This document shows, one piece after another, positions 40,186 through 53,371 of a stretch of DNA of 64,000 nucleotides. The notes below the pieces were generated by a model. The model ran no database searches. It saw only the letters and a program-made list of their open reading frames with translations, and was not told where the DNA came from. Position numbers and translations under genes: made by a program. The first letter of the stretch is position 1. The number at the start of each line of letters is the position of its first letter. The stretch lies in assembly GCF_009914755.1 (NCBI RefSeq), contig NC_060927.1; one strand, 5' to 3'. The stretch comes from the human T2T-CHM13v2.0 reference genome, Homo sapiens.

Positions 40186-41577
40186 TATACACTATCTTTT
40201 CTAAAGAATTAACTATTAGGTTAAACCACTTGAAATTTCTCATATTTGACCTTTTTTTTTTTTTTTGCTCACAAAATAGTAACTTCGTATGGTTTGAACT
40301 AATAACCCTAAATCACCAGTGAGCACAAGGGGCCTTTTGTGCCCCCATCCTGGGGATGGGCAGAAATGGAGTTTCAGTTCTCAGCAGTGAGGATTGCTGA
40401 TCTTGAGAGGTTGCTGTGGGGTGTGGTGGCTTAGCACACAGAGCATCTTAGGGTACTTGAAAGGACATTTTCTTTCCTCTTTTGAACTTGAAAGCTCCTT
40501 TCTCCCCAGTTATGAAAATCAAGGTCATGTTTTATCAGAATGGCATCTATGGGTGCTTAAGTTCAGTTTGGTAAACTCTCTGAACTTCTGAACTCTTGCC
40601 ACGTGTAGGTCCTGGGCTTTGGCTTGCCTCTGGGGACATCTGGAGGTGCTGCCAGGAGACAGGTTGGATGGTGGCTTCTGCCTACATAGCATGTGGGACT
40701 GGGTGGTCATAGGTGCTGTGGGAGCCACAGCAGGGGCCCATTATCATAGCCCAGCCAGAAGACTCAGGAGGTGATGCCTGGCCGGCTCCTTAAAGATGGT
40801 TGAGAGGGGTTGGCTGAATAACAAGGACTCTAGCACCCAAATCGGGTCTTGTCAGATGGCAGAAAAAGGAGGATGGGGCTGTCAGGGCCTTTGGGTACCT
40901 AAGCAGAATGAGTGAAGCCTCTGACCCCTGGCTGCTGCACACACCAATGATGAGGCAGTCAGTTGGCTTTTCTGGGTCGGTTGGTTTTTCATTACTTCAT
41001 TTTGGGCTAACTTTGAAGGAAATGTAATGGTGGCTGGTAGGCCAGGGCTAAGGTGACCCAACGAGGTGGTATTGCAGGAGGAGGCCCTAAATTTACAGAT
41101 TGGTAACTATATATATGGCACCAAGAACATGAACAGGTATCAGATTAAGAAAATCCACCTGTAGTTCGACTCCCCAGTATTTTGTTAGATTTCCTTTCAG
41201 TTCATTTGACTACTTGGGCATAGTTTTTATATGCTGTCGTTGTCATCATAGGGGCCACAGTTGTTGATTTTGCTCCTCTTCAGTGTTAGAAGCATTTCCT
41301 ATCCCAGTGTGTTCTCTGTGGTGGTCATCTCAGGTGACTGCAGAGCACTCTGTGGTGTGCGTGGTATCTCTGAGTGATCTCTGATCACTCACCAAGTGCC
41401 ATCTCGGGGCTTCCTGTGTTGGAGCCAGCCCTTGTCTGTGTTTACTGTGGAGTCCTTCCCTAGGATGCAGTCTTTCCATTTCTGGGAATCATTGAAAAGG
41501 GGTGATGGGTGTGGGGGGAGCTGGGGGCTGCTGCAGAGGGGACTGTGAGCAGCCCTGATGTGGAGTTCTGTCTCCAG

Positions 41578-41761
41578 GCATTGCTTCACCGGCAGCTACC
41601 CGGTCATTGAGCCCCTGCTGAAGTACTTTCCCAACATGTCTGTGGGCTTCACGGCAGTGCTGACATACTCCTCTGCCTGGGAGGCCCGGGAAGCCTTGAG
41701 GCAGATCCCACTGGAGAGAATCATCGTGGAAACGGATGCTCCCTATTTCCTCCCTCGCCAG
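41578..41761 (+). CDS. TATDN2: TATDN2 coding exon (TatD domain)
   Basis: (R)[14 protein letters not shown]...[12 protein letters not shown] with TatD HCF and ETDAPY motifs; donor CAG|GTAAGG; 184 nt. Confidence 0.96.
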
Positions 41762-42183
41762 GTAAGGGGGTCTTCAGGCTGAGTGGAGGCACCGGAGGGA
41801 GAGGGTGGGGAGGTGGGTGGTCACCCTTACAAGGTTGGCAGGGCCAGAGCCCCAGTGACTTCCAGGTCCCATCCTGGGCTGTGTAGATGCCTCCTTGCTG
41901 TTACTCTGCAGAACCAAAAGTCTAGGGGGCTGAGAAGCTGAAGGGTAACCACTCTCTTCCAGGCAGTGCAAAGCCCTACCCTGTAGAGGGTAGTCCAAGG
42001 AAGCGTGGGACCCTGCTCACCCAGAGCCCCCATGACTAGGACTCTCCCTGCACCTGCAGGTAAAGGGGTCTCTACAGGGCAGCCCCAAAGAGGTCCTTGC
42101 TGGGGAAGGGACAGGGAGGGAGTTCTAGATTATGACTGTGCACACATGGCACAATGATGTTATGACCACTTGATGTCTTCCAG

Positions 42184-42324
42184 GTTCCCAAAAACCTTTG
42201 CCAGTATGCCCACCCGGGCCTGGCCTTGCATACGGTCCGAGAGATTGCCAGAGTCAAAGATCAGCCACTCTCCCTCACCTTGGCTGCCTTGCGTGAGAAC
42301 ACCAGTCGCCTCTACAGTCTTTAA
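42184..42324 (+). CDS. TATDN2: TATDN2 last coding exon
   Basis: VPKNLCQYAHPGLALHTVREIARVKDQPLSLTLAALRENTSRLYSL, TAA at 42322-42324. CDS sum 414+534+885+128+184+141=2286 nt = 761 aa plus stop. Confidence 0.95.
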   Translation, partial: VPKNLCQYAHPGLALHTVREIARVKDQPLSLTLAALRENTSRLYSL

Positions 42325-42519
42325 GCAGAGAAGGTACAGTCCTCGGGAGTCTCCTAGAAAAGGTCGTAAAACTCACATTCTGTATTTTTTAAAAACCAGG
42401 ACAAGTCTTTTGTTGCATTTTGTTAATGTAAAGAATATAAACATAGTATGAGCATTAAGCCTGATTTGTTTTGAGTGACGTGGTTTGGAACCTTCTTCTT
42501 TTTCTCTTCCACCCTCCAG

Positions 42520-44521
42520 GGCGACCAGCAGCCTGACAGAACACAGGCTGGCTTGAAGTCTGTGTCTCAGGTCGAGGATGTGATTAGAGAGCTGATTGGA
42601 ACACAGAAAACCAGGACAGGATGTTTTCCTCCAAGCGGGTCATAAGGCTTCAGCTTCTGGGTGGTGGGTGGGGTGGGGTGGGCATGGAATGAGGGGTATG
42701 GGGACTGCCTGTAATAGCACTGGGATTTTGCCTCCCAGCCAAAATGCTCCAGGGTAGGCAGCAAAGAAGAAAGAGTGCGATATGAGGGTACAGTGAGTTT
42801 GGCAGTCCAAATTCTGTTCTCTGCAGCCTGTTTTTGAGTAGTTTGTGAATAAAGTCACCCGCCTACTTGTCTAAGCACATGTGGGTGTGTAACTCAGTTC
42901 CTGGTTCTCGGTTCTAAAAACAGACTTCCAACTGGGAAACTTTTTGGGGGAAATTAACTGGACACCTATCTCGGAGGTTTATTTTCTTGCAACCAGTGAA
43001 GTCGTCCTCCTCCCTTCCCTGGATAACTCTTCAGTTTGACTGTCACTGTTCTGGTGTCAACTCCAGCGTCGGCACAGGCAGAAGGACTTCAGCTGCTGGT
43101 CTCATTGGTTCCACTGCCATTGATATGGGGGGGTGCAGAGGAGCACTCATTGTCCATGATGGAGATCCAGGACAGACTGGGGGACTCCGGGAAGAGGCTT
43201 TCTTGGGGAAGAGGACCCCAAAGGAGGTACTTCCTCCTCACTGATGCCCTCAGGGCTGCTGTGTGGGTGTGTTAAGCTGATAAGGTTCAGTTTGCGGCGG
43301 AAACTACCTGCTAGTCTTGTGTCAGGGGCTGCCAGCCTCCTTTTGTTTCACTTTTGCCCCCTTCTTGGGAACATTTGACCAAAAATAATCCTCATTTCAT
43401 CTTGTGTACAGTCCTTTGTGTACCCCGCCCAGGTTGAGAGGTGAATCAGCGTAATTCTCCGAAGCTCTGCTGGGCAGCTCAGCCATGTTACATTGTCTAT
43501 GCAGAATAAGCAGGCCTGGTGTCTGCAAATGTACCAGTCCTTCTCCCGCATCTCCTGGGTGCCCCCTTGGCTTTGCCTCTCCTGTGTCCTGTCTTTCTGC
43601 GTTTTAGAAGTGAGAGCCTCTCCTTCACCTTTTGAGCAACTGAGTCATCTCAAGTCCTGAGCTCTGCTCTGCCGCCTGCTGGTGCCTTGTAAAGGTATAC
43701 TCGTTACAGGCCCTAGAGGTTCTAATGGTCCAGGGTTAAGTGAGAGGAGACTGTACTTTGTTTCAAAGGATCCTTCACCCTGATCTGCAGTGAGGTGGAT
43801 AGATCACCTGGAGTCCCTCGTCTGTGGTCTTGGAGGCTTAAATTGTAAAATACATCCCTTATGGAATCCTAAATTCCTCTAGGTGTTTTTGGAAGGCGCA
43901 TTTGAGCCTTGTGAGCTAAAATGGAATGGATTTAATATTTCCTATCTGGCATTTCCATCTTGCCCCTGGTACACAAGTCACTGGCCTGGAACTCAGCCTT
44001 GATTCACTGTCCGTCTTCACGGATTAGCTGTGCTGTTATGTTGTCTGTGCTGCAGATTGGCCCATGTGGGAAGTCGGGGGGGACCTGATTTCCTGCTTGG
44101 AAGACTTGGGGGACTGCCGAGCATATCAAAGTGTTTATAGTCACCAAGTGAACTGCAGCACAACCATCTCCTCTCCAGCAAGCCCTGAAGTCAGTAGTGC
44201 CTGCAGGTGAAACCAACCAGCCCTGTGTTAGAGGAGGAAAAGCGGAGATGACATGGAAGTCTCCAAGCCTGTGCCATCCACCTGCCAAGGAAAAGCACAA
44301 GGTGCTATCTACTTTTCTCTCTAGGATTTAGATTATCATTTATGTGCTGTTGCACAGTGAAACCTCACCTGTGTGGGCGTGAAAGCTGATTGGCATTGTT
44401 TTTGATTCAGCTTTTTGGATGGCTAATTGTTTTCACTGTGCTGTGGGAATGCCTCTGTATTTTTTCCCCTCTTTGGCCATCTTTTTCTGAAAATAAAGTG
44501 ATGGATCCTCTAGCCAACCCA
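42520..44521 (+). other. TATDN2: TATDN2 terminal 3'UTR exon after a short 3'UTR intron (about 42363-42519)
   Basis: Strong pyrimidine tract plus cAG at 42517-42519; donors AG|GTCGTA (42363) or AAG|GTACAG (42334); AATAAA at 42848-42853 and 44492-44497. Confidence 0.75.
44492..44497 (+). terminator. TATDN2 distal poly(A) signal (proximal candidate at 42848-42853)
   Basis: AATAAA followed by GT-rich sequence (gtgtttgt near 44530). Confidence 0.75.
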
Positions 44522-44616
44522 GTCTCTCCGTGTTTGTATAGACTTACCTGAGTGATGCAGTGGTTTAGTCTGGTTGTTGGCCAGCATTGTAACCCAAGAA
44601 TCCAGGTAGCTGGAGA

Positions 44617-46345
<1,729 letters not shown>

Positions 46346-47717
46346 TGCCAGTGACATTTGTAGGTGGATTCAGATTAAGGTGGGTAGCTTAGTTGAGGCG
46401 TCTCAACCCTTTTCTGTGCACTCTCTCAAGATGATTTCTGAACACACAACTATAAGTGCATGAGAACTTAAATACGTGTGCTCTTATGCTAATTATACAC
46501 AAAGTAAAAGTTTTTTCACAAGGAGAATTTTTTTCTCCAGCAAATAGCTCGCTCACCCTAGGGGTACATACACCCCACTTTAGAGACCCTCAAGTTACAG
46601 TGGTATCATTAAACGATCCATAAAGGAGTGGGTTTAAGAAAGCTGATACAGGAACATGTTTGAAATAATACATTTTCTCAAGGGTGTCCTCCAACCATTT
46701 TCTTTGATAAATTATATTTCTGCCCATTGTTGACTTGAAATTGTCCTCACCCCTCTACCAAGTTCACCCAGTGTATTCTGAAGGAAAATGAATGAATATG
46801 GAAACCTCTCTCATCCTAGGCAGTAGAGCGAGGGAAGCTGCACTGGCTGAGAGGCTGTGGAACCGGATGAAAAAGCAGCCCCTGAGTCCTGTGGCGTTGG
46901 CTGTGAGTCGGCCACGTGCTTGCTGTGTGCTTTAGGAAAGTTACTTAATTTCTCTGAGCTTTAGTTTTCTCCCTCATAAGTAGGCTTGCTGTGAAAATGA
47001 AGTGAAATCACATTAATCTGCATGAGCATTTAACACGGTGCCTGGTGTACATCAGGGGTGTGACAGTGAGTGCTGGCTGCTGTAGTAATTGAATGCTTAG
47101 CTACGTGCCGGGCCCTTTGCCAGCTACAGCTCATGTGAGACCTCATGTTCAGTCTTGGCAGTAACCCAGCAAGGTAGGCATTTTACATGTGAGGAGCCTG
47201 AGAAATTCAGTCTTGGCCTGGATCACAGAGCTGGTATCCAAATTCAGGTCCGAGGCCAAAGCCCAGATCTTTGCACTACACCTTGTTGCCTGGCACAGGT
47301 GAGAGTGCCCAGCCCATAGTGGGTGCGCAATATCTGTTTCTATTTGAATGACCCAGGCAGGCGGGTAATAATGCTTGTGATTTCTTTGAGAGAGAAGTAA
47401 GTTCTTGTCTTTGGTGGGGGAAGCATCAGGTGACCAGCATTTGTCCAGAGCCTGGTACCCATCCTCTCCCAAGCCCAATCAGTGGTGCTTTCTCAAAAAG
47501 AAACCATCTCCTGACCACTTTGGCCATATTGGGCCTTTGCTCCTCTTCTGTAGCTATTGATAAGAGGGCTGTGGGCAGTTAGTGATAATCAAGGTCGTAT
47601 CCCAACTAAGTGACAGAGCTGAGACAGTTAAGTTCCAGGACAAGTGTGTTGATCTCTGTACCCACTTGTGCCAGGTGCCTGGGGAGGTAGGGGCATGGCT
47701 GTCTGAGGGTGGAGGGG

Positions 47718-49045
47718 TGAGTAGGGGGCCTGCAGTGTGCTGTGACGCCTGGGAAGGGGATTCTAAGCCATTTCCCATCAGCCGTTTACTAAGTAGCCTG
47801 GGGATCTTGTTAAAATGCAGATCCTGATAGATTAGGGCTGGGGTGCTGCCCAAGATTCTACATTTCTAAGAGTCCCTGGATGACGGTGGCATTCACAGAC
47901 CACAGCTTCTATGTGAGGGAGAGCAGTTGGGTTTCTGTCTGCCTGCCGCACCTGATCAGTAGTTAGTGCCTGCATGTGTGGCGGCCAGAATTTTACTTGG
48001 GGAGACGCTCGGCTCCTAGCACCCTCTGTGGTAGGGGTTTTCCAGAGTGTGGGCATTACCCCAACTGTCTCTGCAGACGGCTTCCTGCATGTTTCCCACA
48101 AGCGCTCAGATGGCTGAATTGGCAAGTCTGTGGTGCTGCTCTTTGGGGCCACCTCGTTCTTTGCCTTTCCCTCCCCTTAGCGATGTGTCCCATCCGTTGC
48201 CTACAGTCAAGTCAGTCCACATGTTTAGGCTAAGGTGGGCATGACCGAGTGGCCTTCCCCCGGGAAGACCAGTGTCGTAACTGGAATTAAGTTGTGGAAC
48301 ATAAGAGTCAAGGCTCGTGTCTGCTGTGAACTGGAGTTGAGGGAATGTTTGGGGATCCCACCTGGTATCAGTAAGGGAACCATGGCGACGGCCAGCCTTG
48401 CCCATGTGAGGCATTTGCTTTGTCAGGCCTTCTCAGTAGTGGAGAAGGGAGGAAGGAGAATGCAGCTCTTTCAGTGCTGTCTAGCAGTGCCCAAGAGCCG
48501 TGATTGGGCACCTCACTTAACGTCTAACTTCAGATTCACTCTTGGGCATTCCTGTCTTCCTCTCCAATCTTGAATGGATGTTGGCTTCGATAATGTCATC
48601 CTGAAGTTTCTTTGTCCACACAGCCCTGGCTGGTTGTTAATAAGCTGTTAATGCAGCCTTGCACTCAGGAAGCCCTGATGTTTAAAGGAACTGTGTCTTT
48701 GTTCTTCCTCTCTTCCCTCTTTCTCTTAGTCCCACTTTATCTCTTCTTTCTCTTCCTCTCCCTCCTCCTTTTCCCCTCTCCCTCCTACTCTCCCCCTTTC
48801 TCTCCTCCTTCTCTAAGAAACCCAGTCTTAATTCCACACAATGCATGCACATGCAGTAGCTTCTCTGCTTGAGTGAGCTGGTGTGATTAGGTTTTCTAAA
48901 CATGCACATTGGCCTTGCTACTTGTCCTTTTATTCCCTTCCCACAGACCATAAACCAAGAATTATTTTTATTTGTATTATTTTGATTTTTTTAAAGTAAA
49001 ATATTAACTTTTCCTCTTTGAAATAAATTCCCATTTGGAACATCA
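47718..49045 (+). ncRNA. LINC00852: LINC00852 (single-exon lncRNA; start approximate)
   Basis: Position recalled from the locus; AATAAA at 49022-49027; contains a 110-codon ATG ORF at 48241-48573. Confidence 0.6.
48697..48815 (+). repeat. CT-rich polypyrimidine tract (about 115 nt)
   Basis: Almost pure C/T low-complexity sequence. Confidence 0.85.
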
Positions 49046-49061
49046 GCATACAGTTTGAACA

Positions 49062-49067
49062 TTTATT
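49062..49067 (-). terminator. GHRL: GHRL poly(A) signal
   Basis: tttatt on + is AATAAA on -, about 107 nt past the stop; 3' end near 49049. Confidence 0.9.
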
Positions 49068-49173
49068 CGCCTCCTGAGCTTGTACAACAGTCGTGGGAGT
49101 TGCTGCAGAAGCAAGCGAAAAGCCAGATGAGCGCTTCTAAACTTAGAGAGAGGTGAGTAAGGCTTGTGGGCGA

Positions 49174-49193
49174 TCACTTGTCGGCTGGGGCCT
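49174..49193 (-). CDS. GHRL: GHRL exon 4, coding part (EAPADK-stop)
   Basis: tttccAG|AG GCC CCA GCC GAC AAG TGA on the minus strand. Confidence 0.95.
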
Positions 49194-50002
49194 CTGGAAA
49201 GCAAGAGGTTGAGTAAGAATGCTGGGTGCACCGTCCTGCTAGTGCTTTTCTTCCACGGTGGTGAGATTGGAGGTGGGATGTAATGGTGGGGGTTGTGGGG
49301 AAGCACTGGCCTTGGAGTCAGAGGGCGGCACTCAAGTGTGGACTGTTGTGCCCTGGGCAAGTCACCTCAAAGCTCTGAGTCTTGGTTTCCTCGTTTGCAC
49401 AGCGGGGTGAATGCTACCCCTGCTGTTCCCCAGGGGTGACGGGTCACCGCCTTGGTGAGGACAGTGCTTTGCAGATGTGCAGGTGTTTCTGCCACCTCAA
49501 TCAGTTGGGCGGTTTCTTTTTTTTCTTTTACAAGGTGAGGGGATTCAAAGCAAACCCTTTGCTTAACTCAGGAAGCTCTAATATTTGAAGGAACTGCTTA
49601 ACAGGCTGCAGAACCTGTTCTGAGTGCTATTTTGGCACCAATTCCTTTTTGTTTGTGGAGTAAAGTTACGCAGTGAAGACGGTGTAACACCAAATAATTG
49701 TAGACTCTCACAATAGGTAAAATAGCTCCATTTTACAGTTAAGGAAGCTGAGGTTCAACTGAGGCCCCAAAGCTAGTTAATGTACTAGTTCTTAGAACAT
49801 TCTTTGAACACAAAGACTATGATGAACTCCCTTCTGAGCCACTCACAAATACTAGCCAACCACTATCCTGCAGATCTTTGGGAAAGGGAAATTAGAAGTT
49901 CTTTTGGAGAGGCAGAGGTTGGGGAAAACTCATCACCCACAGAGTGAACTCCCATGTGGGGCTGCAAGGAAACCGAGCAAACCCAGTCCAGGCAGGACTC
50001 AC

Positions 50003-50111
50003 CTTTGGCCTCTTCCCAGAGGATGTCCTGAAGAAACTTCCCCAGGGCCTGGCTGTGCTGCTGGTACTGAACCCCTGACAGCTTGATTCCAACATCAAAG
50101 GGGGCGTTGAA
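50003..50111 (-). CDS. GHRL: GHRL exon 3; encodes obestatin (50043-50111, [23 protein letters not shown]) followed by the G-K amidation signal
   Basis: 109 nt; ctcctAG acceptor and AAG|GTGAGT donor; Gln90 allele. Confidence 0.97.
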
Positions 50112-53060
50112 CTAGGAGGCAGGGCAGGGAGGACCCAGGAGATGTCAGAGGTCATGCCCATCCCCATCTCAAAGGGGGCTCTGGGCTCTCTGCCTCTCTT
50201 CAGGAGTGGAGAGGGAGAATGGCCTTTGGGCCCCAGCAGGGACTGCTGAGTGACACCTCAGCCAGGTTCTCTTCCTTTCTCAGGACCACAGCTCACCTTC
50301 CCACTCACCATCTTTCAGACACTTACCTTGCACTCTCATGCCTCTCAGCCTTAGCCTCTAATGGGATTGCTGATAAAAGCTGTGGTGCCCCCTAGTGTGA
50401 GATTTTTTTTCTCCCTTGCAGTTTTGAAGACAAAAGGTTGAGTCACCAATGGCAGCATTTCAGGCCCTGGCAGGGGGTCTGCCCAGCATTCTCAGCACTG
50501 GCCTGCTGGCCTTCTATTCCTTCCCTGCTCCCAGCTCTTTCTCCTTTCTCTCTTGTCTGTTTCTTCTCCTTTTTCTCCTTCCCTAGGTATTTTTTCTCTC
50601 ATATGCATAGACCTTTCTTTGATGCCTGGAAAATCAAAAGGAAGTTGATGTTTTCCTAGAAAGAGGCTCTGAGCCAAGTCCTTTCTGTGCTTCCATTTCT
50701 TCCCCTCTACAGGGAGAGCGCCTCATCTCTTCCATTTTCCAGGTATTCCTGAGATGATTTATTGGAGCTCAAAGCTTTGGGTAAGTGGGAAGGAGCTCTG
50801 CTGCAGCCACATGGCAGACTTTCCTTGAGAGCAGAGATTGTCTCTGCCAGTGGCTACCTCGGTGCCTGGCCATATTGGGCACTGACTTATCTGAGTCAGG
50901 GAAGGATCTTAGTGCTGGGTCATTTGGTCCTCACAGTAGAAGCCCAAGGAGTTGGAGGCCAAGGACTAGAATGCAGGACTTTTAAACCCACTTGGCCCTG
51001 AAAACTGCTTTAGTCCTATTGCCCTTCCTCTGTGTGAGGCCAGGCGTCCTCAGTGCCTCCCTGTGGGGTAGGCGCTACCACTGTGCCCATTTTACAGGTG
51101 AGGACAGAGGCGCAGAGAAGCTATTAACCAATAGCTATGCGTTCCCTTTTCGAAATCTCCCTCCCCTTAACTCCACCATGAAGGTGGACCCAGTGGGGAA
51201 TGACATGATTGAATTTTTTTTTTTTTTTTTTTTTTTTTTTAAGGAGAGTTGGGGCCTTCCATTCCCTCCAGTAAATACTTGTTTTTCTTCCACCGCTGAG
51301 GCAAATGCGGGGTGGCTGATCACCTGGCAGACATCTTAGGAAACAGGAGCACCGGTCTGGGAAACTGCTGGCCTGGCCTAACACCTGGCGCTGTGGTGCA
51401 GGCAAGTGAGTGGTGACACAGTGCTGGCTGGTGGGGGGCAGCTTCCCTCCTGGCCTCAGTGGCCCATCTGTTCAATGGGAGTGGGACTTGGTCTCCAAAG
51501 TCTTCTACTCTGAAACTTGATTTTGGGAGGGAAACGTTTGGGGGGAGGTAGAGGGGCCTGAGATGAGAGAGGTGGGTGGGACACTCGGTTGTGAGGGGTT
51601 TGGTAGTGGGGCGCTCCAGGTCTCTGCAGCCACTCCTCTTCTGGCAGCCCCAACACCCCCCAGGCGTTTGACTTCTGGTTCCAGCCAAGGCAGTGTGGGT
51701 CACATGCTCCAAGGCTAGCTTTCACAGAAACTGCAAAGTTCCCGCTGTACCAGCCCCACCTTGCGTCGTCAGCCACCAAGACCTCTTTCTCATCTGGGTA
51801 CTGGGCAGCTCCTCTGGCTGGGATGACCATGTGTGGAGCTAGCCGTCTCACCAGCAAAATATCCTGGTTTTGGCCTAAGGGTATGCAGCTCTTTCAGATG
51901 AGAATCTAGTGGATCCCACCGTGTAGAGGAAAGGTCTGAACACCGCCAGGTGCTGGTGAGGATGAAAGCGAGCAGGGGCTGGGGGAGCTTCCGACGGCTT
52001 TATTCCTCGACTGGAGAAGAGTATGGTAAACAGGCAGGCAGAGGCCAAGGCGGGCACATTTCACTCCTCTGGAAGGAAGAGGCCTCCCCTGGGCCACTGT
52101 GCGCTGTCTCTGTCCATCAGACCAGTGAGGAGGAAGAGGGCTTGGGGACTGGAGTCAGCCCTGACCTTGTGTCGCGTCCCTTCCACACACCGCTGTGGTA
52201 CCTTGGGCAAGTGAGTTCACCTCTGAACTGTTCCTTGGCTCTAAAGTGGGAGTAATGCCAGCCCTGCTTACCTCACAGGTTGTCGTAGGGAGGAGGTGGG
52301 GCAGTTAGAGGTGAAGTTGGTATCCTCGGGCACAGCGTCTAATAGCTGCCATTATTAAGTGCTACCTTGGGGGAATCCTGCCTTAGCTGCGAAATGGTGT
52401 CACCAACCAAATATTTAGAAGAAACCATTCCCTGAACCACAGCCACAGGAAGGTTGCATAGAAAACCCCGTAAAATCCTTTACTCCCTCCTCCTCTCCAT
52501 CCTTGGGTTGTCTTAACTTTCTCCTTGCCCCACGCACGATTTGTCAGAGCACATCACCCACACCTGCCCCCTCCTTGCCTCCAGGCGAGGTGAGTGGGTG
52601 CCGGAGCCTGGGCTGGCGCCAGCCCTCCCATCCAGGGTGCTGTTCGGAAGCACTCCACCCCACAGTCCAGGCCCTGGAAGCCCCTGAGTAAAACATGGTT
52701 TTCTGCAGAGCAACATCTTCAGTCTGGGCCTGCCGTTTATTTCTGGGTGTCTTTGTCTCTGGGCACTGTATTTTCTGTCCCCTTTGAGTCGCCTGGAGGC
52801 TCTGGCACCCTCTCTCCTCTGCCCAGGCTCCTTCCGTCCCTATTCTGTTGTAGCAAAGTTACTTCTTCTAGATATTTTTCTCTTAATGGGTAAAGACCTC
52901 ACAGAGCCCAGGGCAGAGCTCAACTCCTGTGGTACTGGTTTTATAGTTCTGGGGAGCTTGTAGTTGGGACCCTGTTCACTGCCACCTCTCCCTGCCCTCC
53001 CTCTCCCCTGACCCCACCCTCCTCGCTGCCACAGAAGCATAAAACTGCAGAGGTACCGAC

Positions 53061-53177
53061 CCGGACTTCCAGTTCATCCTCTGCCCCTTCTGCTTGACCT
53101 CCATCTTCCGGGCGGAGCCAGCCTGCTAGAGCTCGGGGCTGCAGCTTGGCTGGTGGCTTCTTCGACTCCTTTCTCTG
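53061..53177 (-). CDS. GHRL: GHRL exon 2 ([15 protein letters not shown]...DELEVR)
   Basis: 117 nt; CAGCAG acceptor; donor CGG|GTCGGT; Arg51 and Leu72 alleles. Confidence 0.97.
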
Positions 53178-53371
53178 CTGGAAGGGGGAAACAGTCTGTT
53201 TAGGACTCTAAGCCCCCATGTCCTTCCAGAAACAGTGAGGTCAGACCCAGAGTCCTTTGTGCTCTGGGAGAAGACTGAAGCCCAGAGATGGCGCTGCTGC
53301 TCCAGGTCACAGAGCTGGTTGCTAAGTGGCAGGGCTGGAACAACATGTGGGGCTTTGTGGGGAGGTCTCAC

